NCBI RefSeq assembly: GCF_004010195.1
Contig: NC_057719.1
Span: 57,184,420-57,204,419, forward strand
DNA length: 20,000 bases
DNA from: Chiloscyllium plagiosum
Lineage: Eukaryota
Direction of reading: 5' to 3'
Made by a program: the position numbers and the translations under genes
Shown: one piece after another, positions 10,026-19,309 of the stretch
Position numbering within the stretch: position 1 is the stretch's first letter
How the letters are laid out: each line of letters begins with the position of its first letter
The notes under the pieces: model-generated
What the model was told of the DNA's origin: nothing
Database searches by the model: none
Seen by the model: only the letters and a program-made list of their open reading frames with translations

Positions 10026-10039
10026 AATCCACACAAAGG

Positions 10040-11606
10040 CTGCAATTAGTATGGGGATTGCTGGTGCATTGCCTGTGGTCTATCACATGGTCAGAAGAGG
10101 CATGGAGCAGAGGCTGCAAACCGGGAAAGTTCTGAATGCTATCCTCTCCCAATTTGGCGCTGGGCCCCTCAAAACCCAAGACAACAACAGAATACTGTCT
10201 GATCGGCCTGACAATGCAACTAGAATCTCTTTGTGTGCATTTTCATCAGCAGTCTCCAGTAAACTACCTTCTCAAACTCTTCATTTGAGTCTCCTGTAGC
10301 AGAACCCATCTGTGAGTTTGATTCCCATGGGGCAAGCACACAAACAATTCTGTTTATTTCATCTGGCTGCAGTCCATTCACACCTGAATGACTCAGCAGG
10401 TGCAGGTCCCAATGCTATACTAACCTCTAAGGCACACTCATTGCCAATACATGAGCTGTTGGCTGTGTCAGATGAAGTGATGGAGCCACTACAGCAGTGC
10501 TATGATGGTATTCCCTTACAATGTGTTAGGGCTGCTTAGCTGTTATAATCAGAATGGGGAAGGTTGGGATGAGGGGAGGAGAACTTGGTTAGAAGGCAAG
10601 AGCTTTATGATCACACTATCAGTCACTTTTGTTCGAGTTAGATAATAGATTAAAGTTTACAACTGCATGAAGTAGTAAAATACTGACATCCCCAATGGTC
10701 GCAGCAATGTCAGTTGTCATGGGTTCTATTGCAGCCTAACCCATGATGCAGAAAACCATCTCCTTTATGGGGCTTCATTGATAGCGTTATGCCTGCCCCC
10801 CCCCCATTAGTTTGCCTCAAATACTTCTTGTAATAGGGCACCAAATACTACAAGAGAGGGGGGAGAGTGTCAGATTCCTGAGTTTGGAGAATATGGCTGT
10901 CACAGCTGACTAGCTGGAGATATGCGCAGGCGGTGAGTGGTGTGAATAAAGCTAATGGCATTCAGGGTGAAGTGAGGATCTGGATATTAGGTGTGCATGC
11001 CAGAGAATACCCCAATGAATGACTGATAGGACGGTTGTGTATTGAACAGTGTGAAAAGTTGGTGGATAAATTGTGATGCTGTTTGAGGGTGCATTCACTG
11101 ATTGTCACCAGCTCCAAATGCTTGGGTCACAACTTGTGGCACTGATAGCTGATCCTCAAAGACAGACACTGGGAATCAACCTTGCTGCTTCCCTGTTCCC
11201 ATTTCCTCCTGATGCTGGGCACTGAGGACCTCCTGAACACCTGGAAAACATGTCTCCCATGATTTTTACTTGATTATTAGGGCCTCCCATGCTGGATCTA
11301 TGAATAGTTCAGTAGTCTATCATTCCCATTGTTGCATTTCCTTGAGTGGAAATGTAGCAGTAGCTTTCAGCAGCAGCCTCCTTGAATTCAGAGCATCCCC
11401 CCTTTAGGTGGGAGAAATATGAGAAGTATGCTGTGTGAACATGTGTGCACTGTGAATGTTGGGGGTCTCCTGCTGAGTAGTCAGGCGGCCAGCAATTCAG
11501 ACCTGACTTGACCTGATGTTGCAATCAATTAAACATAAAGACAATGCCAAGTTTGTGTGTTGCCAATTCCTTCACCCCAAAAACGGTATGGACCAAATTT
11601 TTGCCC
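10040..11606 (-). mobile_element. Decayed PIF/Harbinger-type element carrying a Myb/SANT-like ORF remnant
   Basis: Minus 11304-11272 FIDPAWEALII and 11207-11130 RKWEQGSSKVDSQCLSLRISYQCHKL fit Myb/SANT spacing W-x6-V-x7-R-x3-QC-x-K. Putative terminus GGGCAAAAATTT (11606-11595). Downstream decayed exon-like segment about 10040-10490. Other end not found. Confidence 0.5.
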
Positions 11607-11829
11607 AGTTTTTTGTGATACTGGGAACAATAATGGGGCTGGTCATCTTTAACGTAAATATTTGCTCCAAAGAAGCAGGAAATCCATCCAAAATAATTTC
11701 AAGAATGTACAGAATGAAATCATCCAAAATAATTTATACAAAACATATGCTGTGAATCACTAAATTTTATCATTCTCAGAGGTTTTCTCTAACAGGTTTT
11801 CTGGCTGGTACTTACACCCATATGTTGAG

Positions 11830-12236
11830 CATTCACTAAAGTTTAGGAAGATGAGGATTGGTCTGATTTAAATTCTACCAGGGTTAGCCAGATTAGATGC
11901 AGGAGGGATGTTTTCCTTGGGTGAGGAACCTACAACAAGAGGATATAGTGTTCGGATGTGGGCTAGGCCACAGAGTACTGAGATGAGGAAAAAAGGTTTT
12001 ACTCGAAGGGCAGTGAACCTGTGGAATTCTCTACCACAGAATGCTGTGGAGGCCAAGTCACTGAATACATTCATGAAAAGTAGAGGTAAATTTTTAGATT
12101 TTAAAAGTATCGAGGAGTATGAAGAGAAAGGGGGAATATGGTATTGAGATGAAGGGTGAGCCATGATTATATCGAATGGTACAGAAGATTCAAAGGGCTG
12201 GATGGCCTACCACTGCTCCCTTTTTCTATGTTTCTT
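11830..12236 (+). mobile_element. CR1-type LINE 3' end
   Basis: ORF 11908-12147 (TTRGYS..FTRRAVNLWNSLPQNAVEAKSL); 3' motif GGGCTGGATGGCCTACC and TTTCTATG tail. Confidence 0.9.
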
Positions 12237-12431
12237 TTTTTTGAGAGATTAAATGGGTCTATCAAAAGCTTATGTTAACTTGCATCTGAAGTCTGCCTCC
12301 TGATCCTACACAGGAGTAAAGCTCCTATGGTAGATATAAACAGGAAGGTTCCCATCAAGAATTGGGCATAAATGCTTGATCCCTATTTTCCCAACATGTG
12401 ACTGACTGGTGATAACATGGTAGATGTACAC

Positions 12432-13387
12432 TGTTGAAAAATCTTAAAGAGAAAACAAGACATTAAATATGAAAAATGGTACTATAGCAGCCTTCTGGCT
12501 GCTAACACAGGTAGATTGCTAACTTGGCCAAACGGCAAGGTACATTAGCCAAGTGAAACTCTGAAATCACAACACACACACACCAGACACAGTGCAAGCA
12601 CAGCAGCCATTAGCATAATGTAAAAGGCAACAGTTAGTCTGCACAGGCACCCCCAACAATCTATCCACTAAACAAAGGACAGTCCAGAGAGGAAGACATC
12701 GGGTCCTGCTACACAAAAAAACTGTTAGTCGCATGCCATCTAAATGATTGACTCTTGTTTTAAACTATTAAATGTGCCTCCCTGATTGGCCAGAAATACA
12801 GAAAGTTTCAGAATACCACGTAAAAGGTATAAAAATAGAGTTTACCTGCAGACTTCTGTCTCGGAACTGCTCTTGGAATTGTCTGAGGCCTTTTGAGGAG
12901 GCCAGCATGGCAACAGGCCGAGACCAGCTGACCATCCAGAGACAGAGAGGAAGAAATCAGCTTCTCTGACCCAGAGACAGAACCACAGGGACAACGACTG
13001 CGTAAGTCTATAAGGAACTCGGTAAGTATCATAACCTTACGGGCCAAATAGGATTAGGGATGGCAAAGGCGAAAGTGAGGACTGAGATGCTGGAGATTAG
13101 AGACAAGATTAGAGTGGTGTTGGAAAAGCACAGCAGGTCAGGCAGTATCAGAGGAGCAGGAAAATCGACGGGACGTTTCAGGCAAAAGCCCTCCATCATC
13201 CTGATGCAGGGCTCCTGCCCAAAACATCGATTTTCCTGCTCTTTAGGGATTGTATATTTAGTATTGAAGATTATTGTAATTTTATTCCGAATGAAGTGTG
13301 GATGTTTTGCTTTTGCTACCGACTTGTGTTCGTATTGATTTGACCTCTTTGGTATTGTGGGACATCTGGGCAAATTCATTCAGAACA
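12432..13387 (+). mobile_element. Possible solo LTR, interrupted by the Penelope insertion at 13062-13242
   Basis: TGTT...AACA termini, reverse CCAAT (ATTGG 12785-12789), TATAAAA 12828-12834, AATGAA at 13290-13295 followed by a GT-rich tract. No TSD or PBS confirmed, so boundaries are tentative. Confidence 0.4.
13062..13242 (-). mobile_element. Short Penelope-derived fold-back insertion (family A) with two back-to-back degenerate hammerhead cores
   Basis: Reverse complement of the 7096-7294 type. Arms 13154-13198 and 13202-13241 inverted. Plus core CTGATGC-A-GGGC-TCCT-GCCC-AAAAC-ATC (13201-13228). 8 bp TSD TTAGGGAT at 13054-13061 and 13243-13250. Confidence 0.9.
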
Positions 13388-13549
13388 TTTTGGTCGGAGA
13401 GGAATCAGACAACAATAGAAAGGAAATTCAAAAGTTTTGTAGATTGTGCAGTGACATTGTGAGTATCTATGATGAGGCAAGCATGTGCCTTTTAGAGAGT
13501 TAAGTGTCAACAACTGTTTTACCTCCTGCCAAGTGATATTCTTGAACAA

Positions 13550-13806
13550 AGTATTGAATGCAATATCTCCAATTTGCAGATGACACCAACTGGGTGGCAC
13601 TGTGCGCTGTGAGGAACATGTTAAGAGGCTGCAGGGTGACTTGAACAGGCCGGCTGAATGGGCAAATACTTGGCCAATGCAATATAATGTGGCACAATGT
13701 AAAACTGTTGTCGTCCAAATCATTAATGTACATTGTGAGCATCTGGGGTCCCAGCATTGAACCCTGCGATATCTCATCCTGCCATTCCGAAAAGGACCTG
13801 TTTATT
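13550..13806. mobile_element. Rearranged CR1 RT fragments in opposite orientations
   Basis: Plus 13550-13703 IECNIS/FADDT/LGG..VKRLQGDLNRPAEWANTWPMQYNV..CK (with frameshifts); minus 13806-13708 INRSFSEWQ..SQGSMLGPQMLTMYINDLDD. Confidence 0.85.
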
Positions 13807-13807
13807 C

Positions 13808-14270
13808 TGCTATGGTGATAATGGAGACCTGGTTTAAGGAAAAGCAGAACTTGGTATTAAATTTTCCTGGTTACAAGGTAGTCAGAAAAGGTAGGAAGGG
13901 GAAAAGAGGAGGACTGGGTATTTTTGGTTTGGGAGTGTTTTGCATTACTGGAGAATGAGGAGGTTTCAGGGCATTCAGCGATAGAATCAATTTGGCTAGA
14001 GCCTGGGAATAAGAAAGGTGCCATTACATTGCTAGTGGAAAGGATCTAGAGGAATAAATCTGCAAGAAGATTATAGAGAGGTGTAAGCATTATATTGTTG
14101 TTATAAGGGAGATTTTAATTAGTGCAAGTGGTAATGGAGGACAAGCATGTTCAAGATAATTTCCTACAACAGTATGTGTCCAGTCCAACAAGAGAGGAAG
14201 CATTGCTGGGCTTGGTTCTTTGGGTGCAAGGTCAGTCAGTTTAACTTCTGTGGGAGGGAATTTCTTAAAA
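13808..14270 (+). mobile_element. Decayed CR1 ORF2 APE endonuclease fragment
   Basis: Reads VIMETWFKEKQNLVLNFPGYKVVRKGRKGKRGG, ESIWLE, then a frameshifted GDFN-like motif near 14108-14120. Confidence 0.8.
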
Positions 14271-14281
14271 CAATTAGTCAG

Positions 14282-14375
14282 AGGGCAATGGGTCTGGGTG
14301 GGTTACATTTCGGAGGGTCGGTGTGGACTGGTTGGGCCGAAGGGCCTGTTTCCACACTGTAGGAAATCTAATCTA
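14282..14375 (+). mobile_element. 5'-truncated HE1-type SINE (or partner LINE) 3' tail
   Basis: Matches reverse complement of 2432-2522 and 6242-6332; ends AATCTAATCTA. Confidence 0.88.
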
Positions 14376-15210
14376 CTGCAGTCCATGTGCTGCAGGTAGA
14401 CCCACAATGGCAGAGGAAAGGGAATTCCAAGATTTTGCCCAACAGCACTGAAGAAATGACAATATATTTCCAAGTCAGGATGGGGAGTGGCTTGGAGGAG
14501 AATGTGCAGGTGGTGGTCTTTCTTTGTATGTAACCTTTCTTTGTAACCTTTATCCTTCTAGATGGAATTGGTCATGAGTTTGGAAGGTGTTGTTTAAGGA
14601 GCTTTGAATTTGTACAGTACACCTTGTAGATGGTACACATTGCTGTTACTGAGCATTGATGGTAGAGAAAGTGGATGCATGTGGATATAGTGCCATTAAC
14701 CAGGCTTCTTTGTCCTGGATGGTATCAAACTTCTTGAGTGTTGTTGGATAAGTGGTAAGTATTCCATCACATTCCTGACTTGTGCCTCTTAGATGATGGA
14801 CATGATTTGAGGTTTTGAGAGGTGAGGCACTCACTGCAGGATTCCTAGCCTCTGACCAACTCTTATAATGACAGTATTTATAGATATTTTTAATCAACCT
14901 GCTTACACATGTATGCCACACCTTAAGAGTAGATGGGACATGAACCCTGGTCTTCTGACCCAAAGGTAGGGAGACTACCACTGAGCCACAAGAGCCCTTT
15001 CCAATGTATTTATATGACTGGTCTAGTTTAATTCTGTTCAATGATAACCCCTAGGATGTTCATAATGTGGTATATAATGATGCTAGCACTATTGAATGTC
15101 AAGGGGCAGTAGTTAGATTGCCTCTTGCTGGAGACACTCATTGCCTGGCACTTGTATAGTGTGAATGTTATTTGTCACTTGCTAGTTAATGTGGATGTTC
15201 TCCAGGTCTT
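14376..15210 (-). mobile_element. Decayed 3' part of a second LINE family (CR1/L2 group), interrupted by a SINE
   Basis: Minus strand around 14790-14695 gives AQVRNVMEY..PTTLKKFDTIQDKEAWLM, a post-RT non-LTR pattern distinct from the 3455-5789 family. Exact clade not determinable by eye. Confidence 0.7.
14883..15005 (-). mobile_element. Short tRNA-derived SINE (second family)
   Basis: Minus A box TGGCTCAGTGG, B-box-like GGTTCATGTCC, ends CAGGTTGATTAAAAATATC like the 7519-7636 copy. Flanked by GTATTTATA at 14874-14882 and 15006-15014. Confidence 0.85.
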
Positions 15211-16059
15211 GGACACAGATGAGAAGCCATCCTACTGCCACTGTGGTGGGCCAATCCATATTCAGCACTGGCATTGGGACTTCCCCACATTTGGTCAAAT
15301 TCAGTTCATAATATGTTACATATAGTTAGGTTATCTGTTCGAACCTAACAGTTAATGTGCAGCTTTCAGATGGGGCGATTTGTGATTTACATGCAGATTG
15401 CATTTACTTGATGCGTGAATACATTTCAAATTCTTCATGAACTAAGAATCTTAGAATAGACACCTGCCACCATACACATGGTTTGCAATGCCCCAGGGCT
15501 GGATTTGGTAGACTTAATTTTTGAAAATGAAATGACGACTAATTTGATCAAATTAGTCCAATTTACTCTTCAATATGAAATTTCACTTTAATGAGGCCCA
15601 ACACTTTGCAGCGACTTGTTTTTGACATTGGGAAATCTATTTAACATTCAAAACCATATCAAGCATTCCACAGTTGTGAAAGAAGGGAGCAATTTTTCAG
15701 CTATTATTGTGCTTTCTAACATGCAGTTACAATCCGACCAGCTTTTCATGAATTCCAGACATGGTTGAAAGCAAATACATTCTTTCTAACTTGTAGCTAT
15801 AATCAAATATTGGAACAATTTTGGACCAGGAGACCTGAATATGGATCTAATAATTTTAAGATCATGCCACAAAGAAATGAACCAATATATATTTCTACTC
15901 AGCTCCTTGTTCCTTTCAAGGAGGAAATTTCTGATTTGGCTGCAAAAGAATATAACTATGCATATGGGAACAGGAAGACCTAACTAGCCCAGTAAGCCTC
16001 AATGCCCTGCGCTCCCACTGAGACCAGTGCTTAATCTGCAAATACTTTGACCCTTCTTA

Positions 16060-16510
16060 CACAACTGATTTCCTTTCTCCTCTTCTGCACGCATGAGCAG
16101 CACCCAGTGAACCTCCAACTCTGAGGAAGAAACCACTTAGAGGCTGGCAATGGAGACATTTTTCTCCACCTCCATCTCTGAGGAAGAAACCACTAAGCCC
16201 TCAGAAGATGCATTTGGAAGGCATTCACTTGCACCGACCACCAACTCAGAGGCTGTCAGTTTGGTGAGTACTCTATCTAGATTAGATTTGGGAGCACAAT
16301 CTGGTGAGCACTTGATTAATATGGTTGTGGAAGAAATGTCCCATGAGTCCAGCACTCAATCAACTGCTGCAGGCCAGTCCCCAGGAGAAGATGATCTCCT
16401 CATGGTCACAGCAATTAATGACTTTGTCAAAATGCGTAGAGATGCACAAGGACACCAGGCATGTTTGTCAGAGGCAGTCAGTATGCTGGATCAAGGATGG
16501 AGAAGTCTTC
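16060..16510 (+). pseudogene. Decayed coding-like segment, probably the C-terminal exon of a Harbinger-associated Myb/SANT ORF
   Basis: S/T/E-rich then heptad-like translation (SEEETTKPSEDAF..APTTNSEAVSLV..LGAQSGEH..DDLL..MRRDAQGHQACLSEAV), same architecture as the minus segment at 10040-10490. Assignment by recognition only. Confidence 0.4.
16111..16194 (+). repeat. 27 bp direct repeat pair with 30 bp spacer
   Basis: ACCTCCAACTCTGAGGAAGAAACCACT (16111-16137) and ACCTCCATCTCTGAGGAAGAAACCACT (16168-16194), 26/27 identical. Confidence 0.95.
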
Positions 16511-16530
16511 AAATGTTATCAATATCATAT

Positions 16531-16646
16531 AAAATGCTGGGAATCAGAAATAAAAACAGAAATTACTGGAAAAGCACAGCAGGTCTGGCAACATCTGTGG
16601 AGAGAAATCAGAGTTAATGTTTTGGGTTGGTGACCTTTCCTCAGAA
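16531..16646 (-). mobile_element. Penelope-like pLTR fragment (family B) with degenerate hammerhead
   Basis: Minus reads TTCTGAGGA-A-AGGTC-ACC-AACCC-AAAAC-ATT-AACTCTGATTTCTCTCCACAGATG; homologous to 9419-9553. Confidence 0.82.
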
Positions 16647-16764
16647 TTAGAGTTTTGAGGGGTCCAAGTCCAAACATATTCAAAGTCGGGAGTGAACTTT
16701 GAGTGTGAGCAACAGCAGGGCTTACTGATGCCACTCTCAGAGTCAATCAGACAGAAGGAGGTTA

Positions 16765-16870
16765 GAGACAGAAAAACTGCAGATGCTGCAATCCAAAGTA
16801 GACAGGCAGGCGGCTGGAAGAACCCAGCAAGTCAGGCAGCATCAGGAGGTGGAGAGGTCGATGTTTCGGG
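16765..16870 (-). mobile_element. Penelope-like pLTR fragment (family C, related to A)
   Basis: ACTGCAGATGCTG..GCTGGAAGAACCCAGCAAGTCAGGCAGCATCAGGAGG..GTCGATGTTTCGGG parallels family A arms; truncated inside hammerhead stem II. Confidence 0.8.
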
Positions 16871-16950
16871 GAGCAGTGCTCCAAAAGCTTGTACTTCTAA
16901 ATAAACCTGCTGGACTATAATCTGGTGTTGTGTGATTTTTAACTTTGTCC
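16870..16950 (+). mobile_element. Penelope-like pLTR fragment (family D)
   Basis: GGAGC-AGT-GCTCC-AAAAG-CTT..AATAAACCTGCTGGACTATAATCTGGTGTTGTGTGATTTTTAACTTTGTCC matches the reverse complement of 9882-9958 and overlaps 9975-9994. Confidence 0.82.
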
Positions 16951-16959
16951 CGTTAACAA

Positions 16960-17296
16960 GCCATTCCTCTATCCGTACCTGTATGACAACATGAGCTTTT
17001 ATTTTCTGCAATAACCTTTATTGCGACACCTTATCCAATGCCTTCTTAAAATCTAAGTACAATGCATCTACTGGTCCCCCTTATCTTCAGTATAACTTGC
17101 TCCTTCAAAGAACTCCAACAAATTAGTTAAACATGATTTCCCTTTTGACAAAACCAGATTGGCTGTGCCTGATTACATTAAACTTATCTGAGTGCCCTGC
17201 TATAACATCTTTAATGATAGCCCCTAACATTTTTCCTATGATAGATGTTAAGCTTATTGGCCTATAGTTTCCTGCTTTCTGCCTCCCTCCTTTATT
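16960..17296 (-). mobile_element. Decayed CR1 RT N-terminal fragment
   Basis: Minus reads KGGRQKAGNYRPISL..VDALYLDFKKALDKVSQ*RLLQKIKAH. Confidence 0.85.
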
Positions 17297-17540
17297 TGCT
17301 GAAGGAATTACTCAGCCAGTCCAGGTAGGTACCAGCTGTCAATTTACAGACATGACATGTCCAAAACTGTCACTTTGTTTTATAATAATGCAATTTTCAA
17401 CATTTCTCAACCCCTGTCACCATGTTATATGATTTGCTTCTTTATTGTGTACTGCTCTCTGAGTCACAGGAATACAAACAGTATAAAACAAGTATGTGGG
17501 TTCATGATTGTGACTTGATCTGGATGAGGATTCTGAATAA

Positions 17541-19309
17541 TCCAAGATGGAGGACAGGAAATAGTTGTGGCTGTAAGAGCTGCGCCTTTTTTGAGATATT
17601 TTCTAGTGTTGGAGCTGATTTCCTCGAATTTGAGGAGCAGTAATTACTGTTTTATAAGCTGTTGCATTGTTTTGGAACTTTGGAAATAAAGGTCAAAATG
17701 CCATTTTAAAAATGGAGGATGACAAAGCCAGTGACCACATGGTGGGAAGTGAATCAACAGAGAAAGAAACCTACACTGCTGTCTGACCCAGCAATGAACC
17801 TTCACAGCTACTGCCTCTGCTATTTGATCTCACATATCTCTGGACATTAGCATTCATCTAAGAAAAATAAACAAGCAGGGAAATTCACAGCTGACCTTGA
17901 AGAAACCAGTGTGGGGAGATCACAGCACAGAAGCAGCTATGTGGCCAGTTTTTCCTTTGTAAATCTACAATAGTGAGTAGAGTGAGTTCTTTTTGATTTT
18001 TTTTTATTGAGATTAGTCTCTTGATTAAACTTTAAAAATATAAGTTAGTCTGGAGCAGTGTTTTTTAAAGCAGTAAGATGGTGCTATTTTCTGGATCTGT
18101 AGATTGTTAAGGTGCAAAGATCTTGGTGTCAGGATCAAGGATATCTTGGAATGGGTGTGGAATGTTCTCAAAGGCGAGAGAGACCAGCAGGAGATTGTTG
18201 TACACATTGGAGCTTATGACATAGGAAAGGAAAAGGATGAGATTCTGAAGGGGGAATATAGGACGTTCGGCAGGAATTTAAAGTGGAGGTCCTCGAGGGT
18301 AGTAATATCTGGATTACTCCCAATGCCAGGAGCTACTGAGGGTAGGAATAGGAGGGTAAAGCAGATGAATGCTCTAGAAGAGAAGGATTCACATTTTTGG
18401 ATCATTGGAATCTCTTCTGGGTTAGAAGAGACTGTACAAGAAGGATGGATTGCACCTGAATTGGAAGGGGACTGATATTCTGGCAGGGAGATTTGCTAGA
18501 GCTGCTCAGGAGGATTTAAATTAATGGGGGTGGGGGGAAACCCTGGTGGGGTGGGGGGGGGGATCCACAGGGAGATACTGAGGGAAGAGACTGGTACAGT
18601 TGGAAAAAGGGACGAGTCAAACAGTTAGGGCAGGCAGGAACAAAGCAAAATACAAGATAGGACTGATCAACAAAATTGCTTTTATTTCAGTGCAAGAGAC
18701 CTAACAAGGAAGGCAGATGAACTCCGGGAATAGTTAGGAAATGGGACTGTGATATCATAGCAATTGCAGAAATGTAGCTCAGGGATGGAAAGGACTCCCC
18801 CTCCCATCACCCTCTGTCTTCTACCATAATTCTATTAGTTTTAAAATAGTGATGGAAAAGGATAGACTGGATCTATATATTAAAATTCTAAATTGGAGGA
18901 AGGCCAATTTTGATGGTATTAGGCAAGAACTTTCAAAAATTGATTGGGGGCAGATGTTTGCAGGTAAAGGAACGACTGGAAAATGGGAAGCCTTCAGAAA
19001 TGAGATAATGACAGTCCAGAGACAGTATCTTCCTGTTAGGGTGAAAGGCAAAGCTGGTAGGTGTAGGAAAAACTGCATGACGAGAGAAATTGTGGTTTTG
19101 GTCAAGAAAAAGAAAGAAGCATAGGTGAGGTATAGACAGCAGTGAACCCACAGAAAAAAATAAAGGCAGTAGAAATATACTTAAGAGGGAAATCAGGAAG
19201 GCAAAAAGGGGACATGAAATAGTTTTGGCAAATAGGGTTAACAAAAATCCAAAAATCCAAAAATACATTAAGGGTAGCTAGGGAGAGAATAGGGCCTCTT
19301 AAACATCAG
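17541..19309 (+). mobile_element. 5' half of a CR1 LINE: putative 5'UTR, ORF1 SGNH-esterase remnant (18121-18524), internally deleted ORF2 (18674-19309)
   Basis: ORF1 VVHIGAYDIG (GxND block, 18209-18220), VVISGLLP, DGLH (18444-18455). ORF2 NCFYFSAR..KADEL..DIIAIAE, HNSISFKI, LNWRKANF, KAKRGHE, ERIGPLK; paralogous to 5160-5744. The 5'UTR assignment and left edge are inferred. Confidence 0.88.

Noticed and set aside
9928..10539. Plus-strand ORFs 9928-10299 and 10312-10539 as exons
   Set aside because: The first starts inside a Penelope fragment and both run antisense to the decayed minus-strand relic; no recognisable domain.
13388..13410. Primer-binding site after the putative LTR (TGGTCGGAGAGG)
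   Set aside because: Beyond TGG it matches no tRNA 3' end I can recall, so no provirus is claimed.
16111..16194. CRISPR-like repeat-spacer-repeat (27/30/27 bp)
   Set aside because: Only two repeats, no cas genes, and a vertebrate transposon context.
16150..16617. 155 aa ORF as a host gene
   Set aside because: It is chimeric: the last part reads through the antisense Penelope fragment at 16531-16646 and the start lies in a local duplication spacer.
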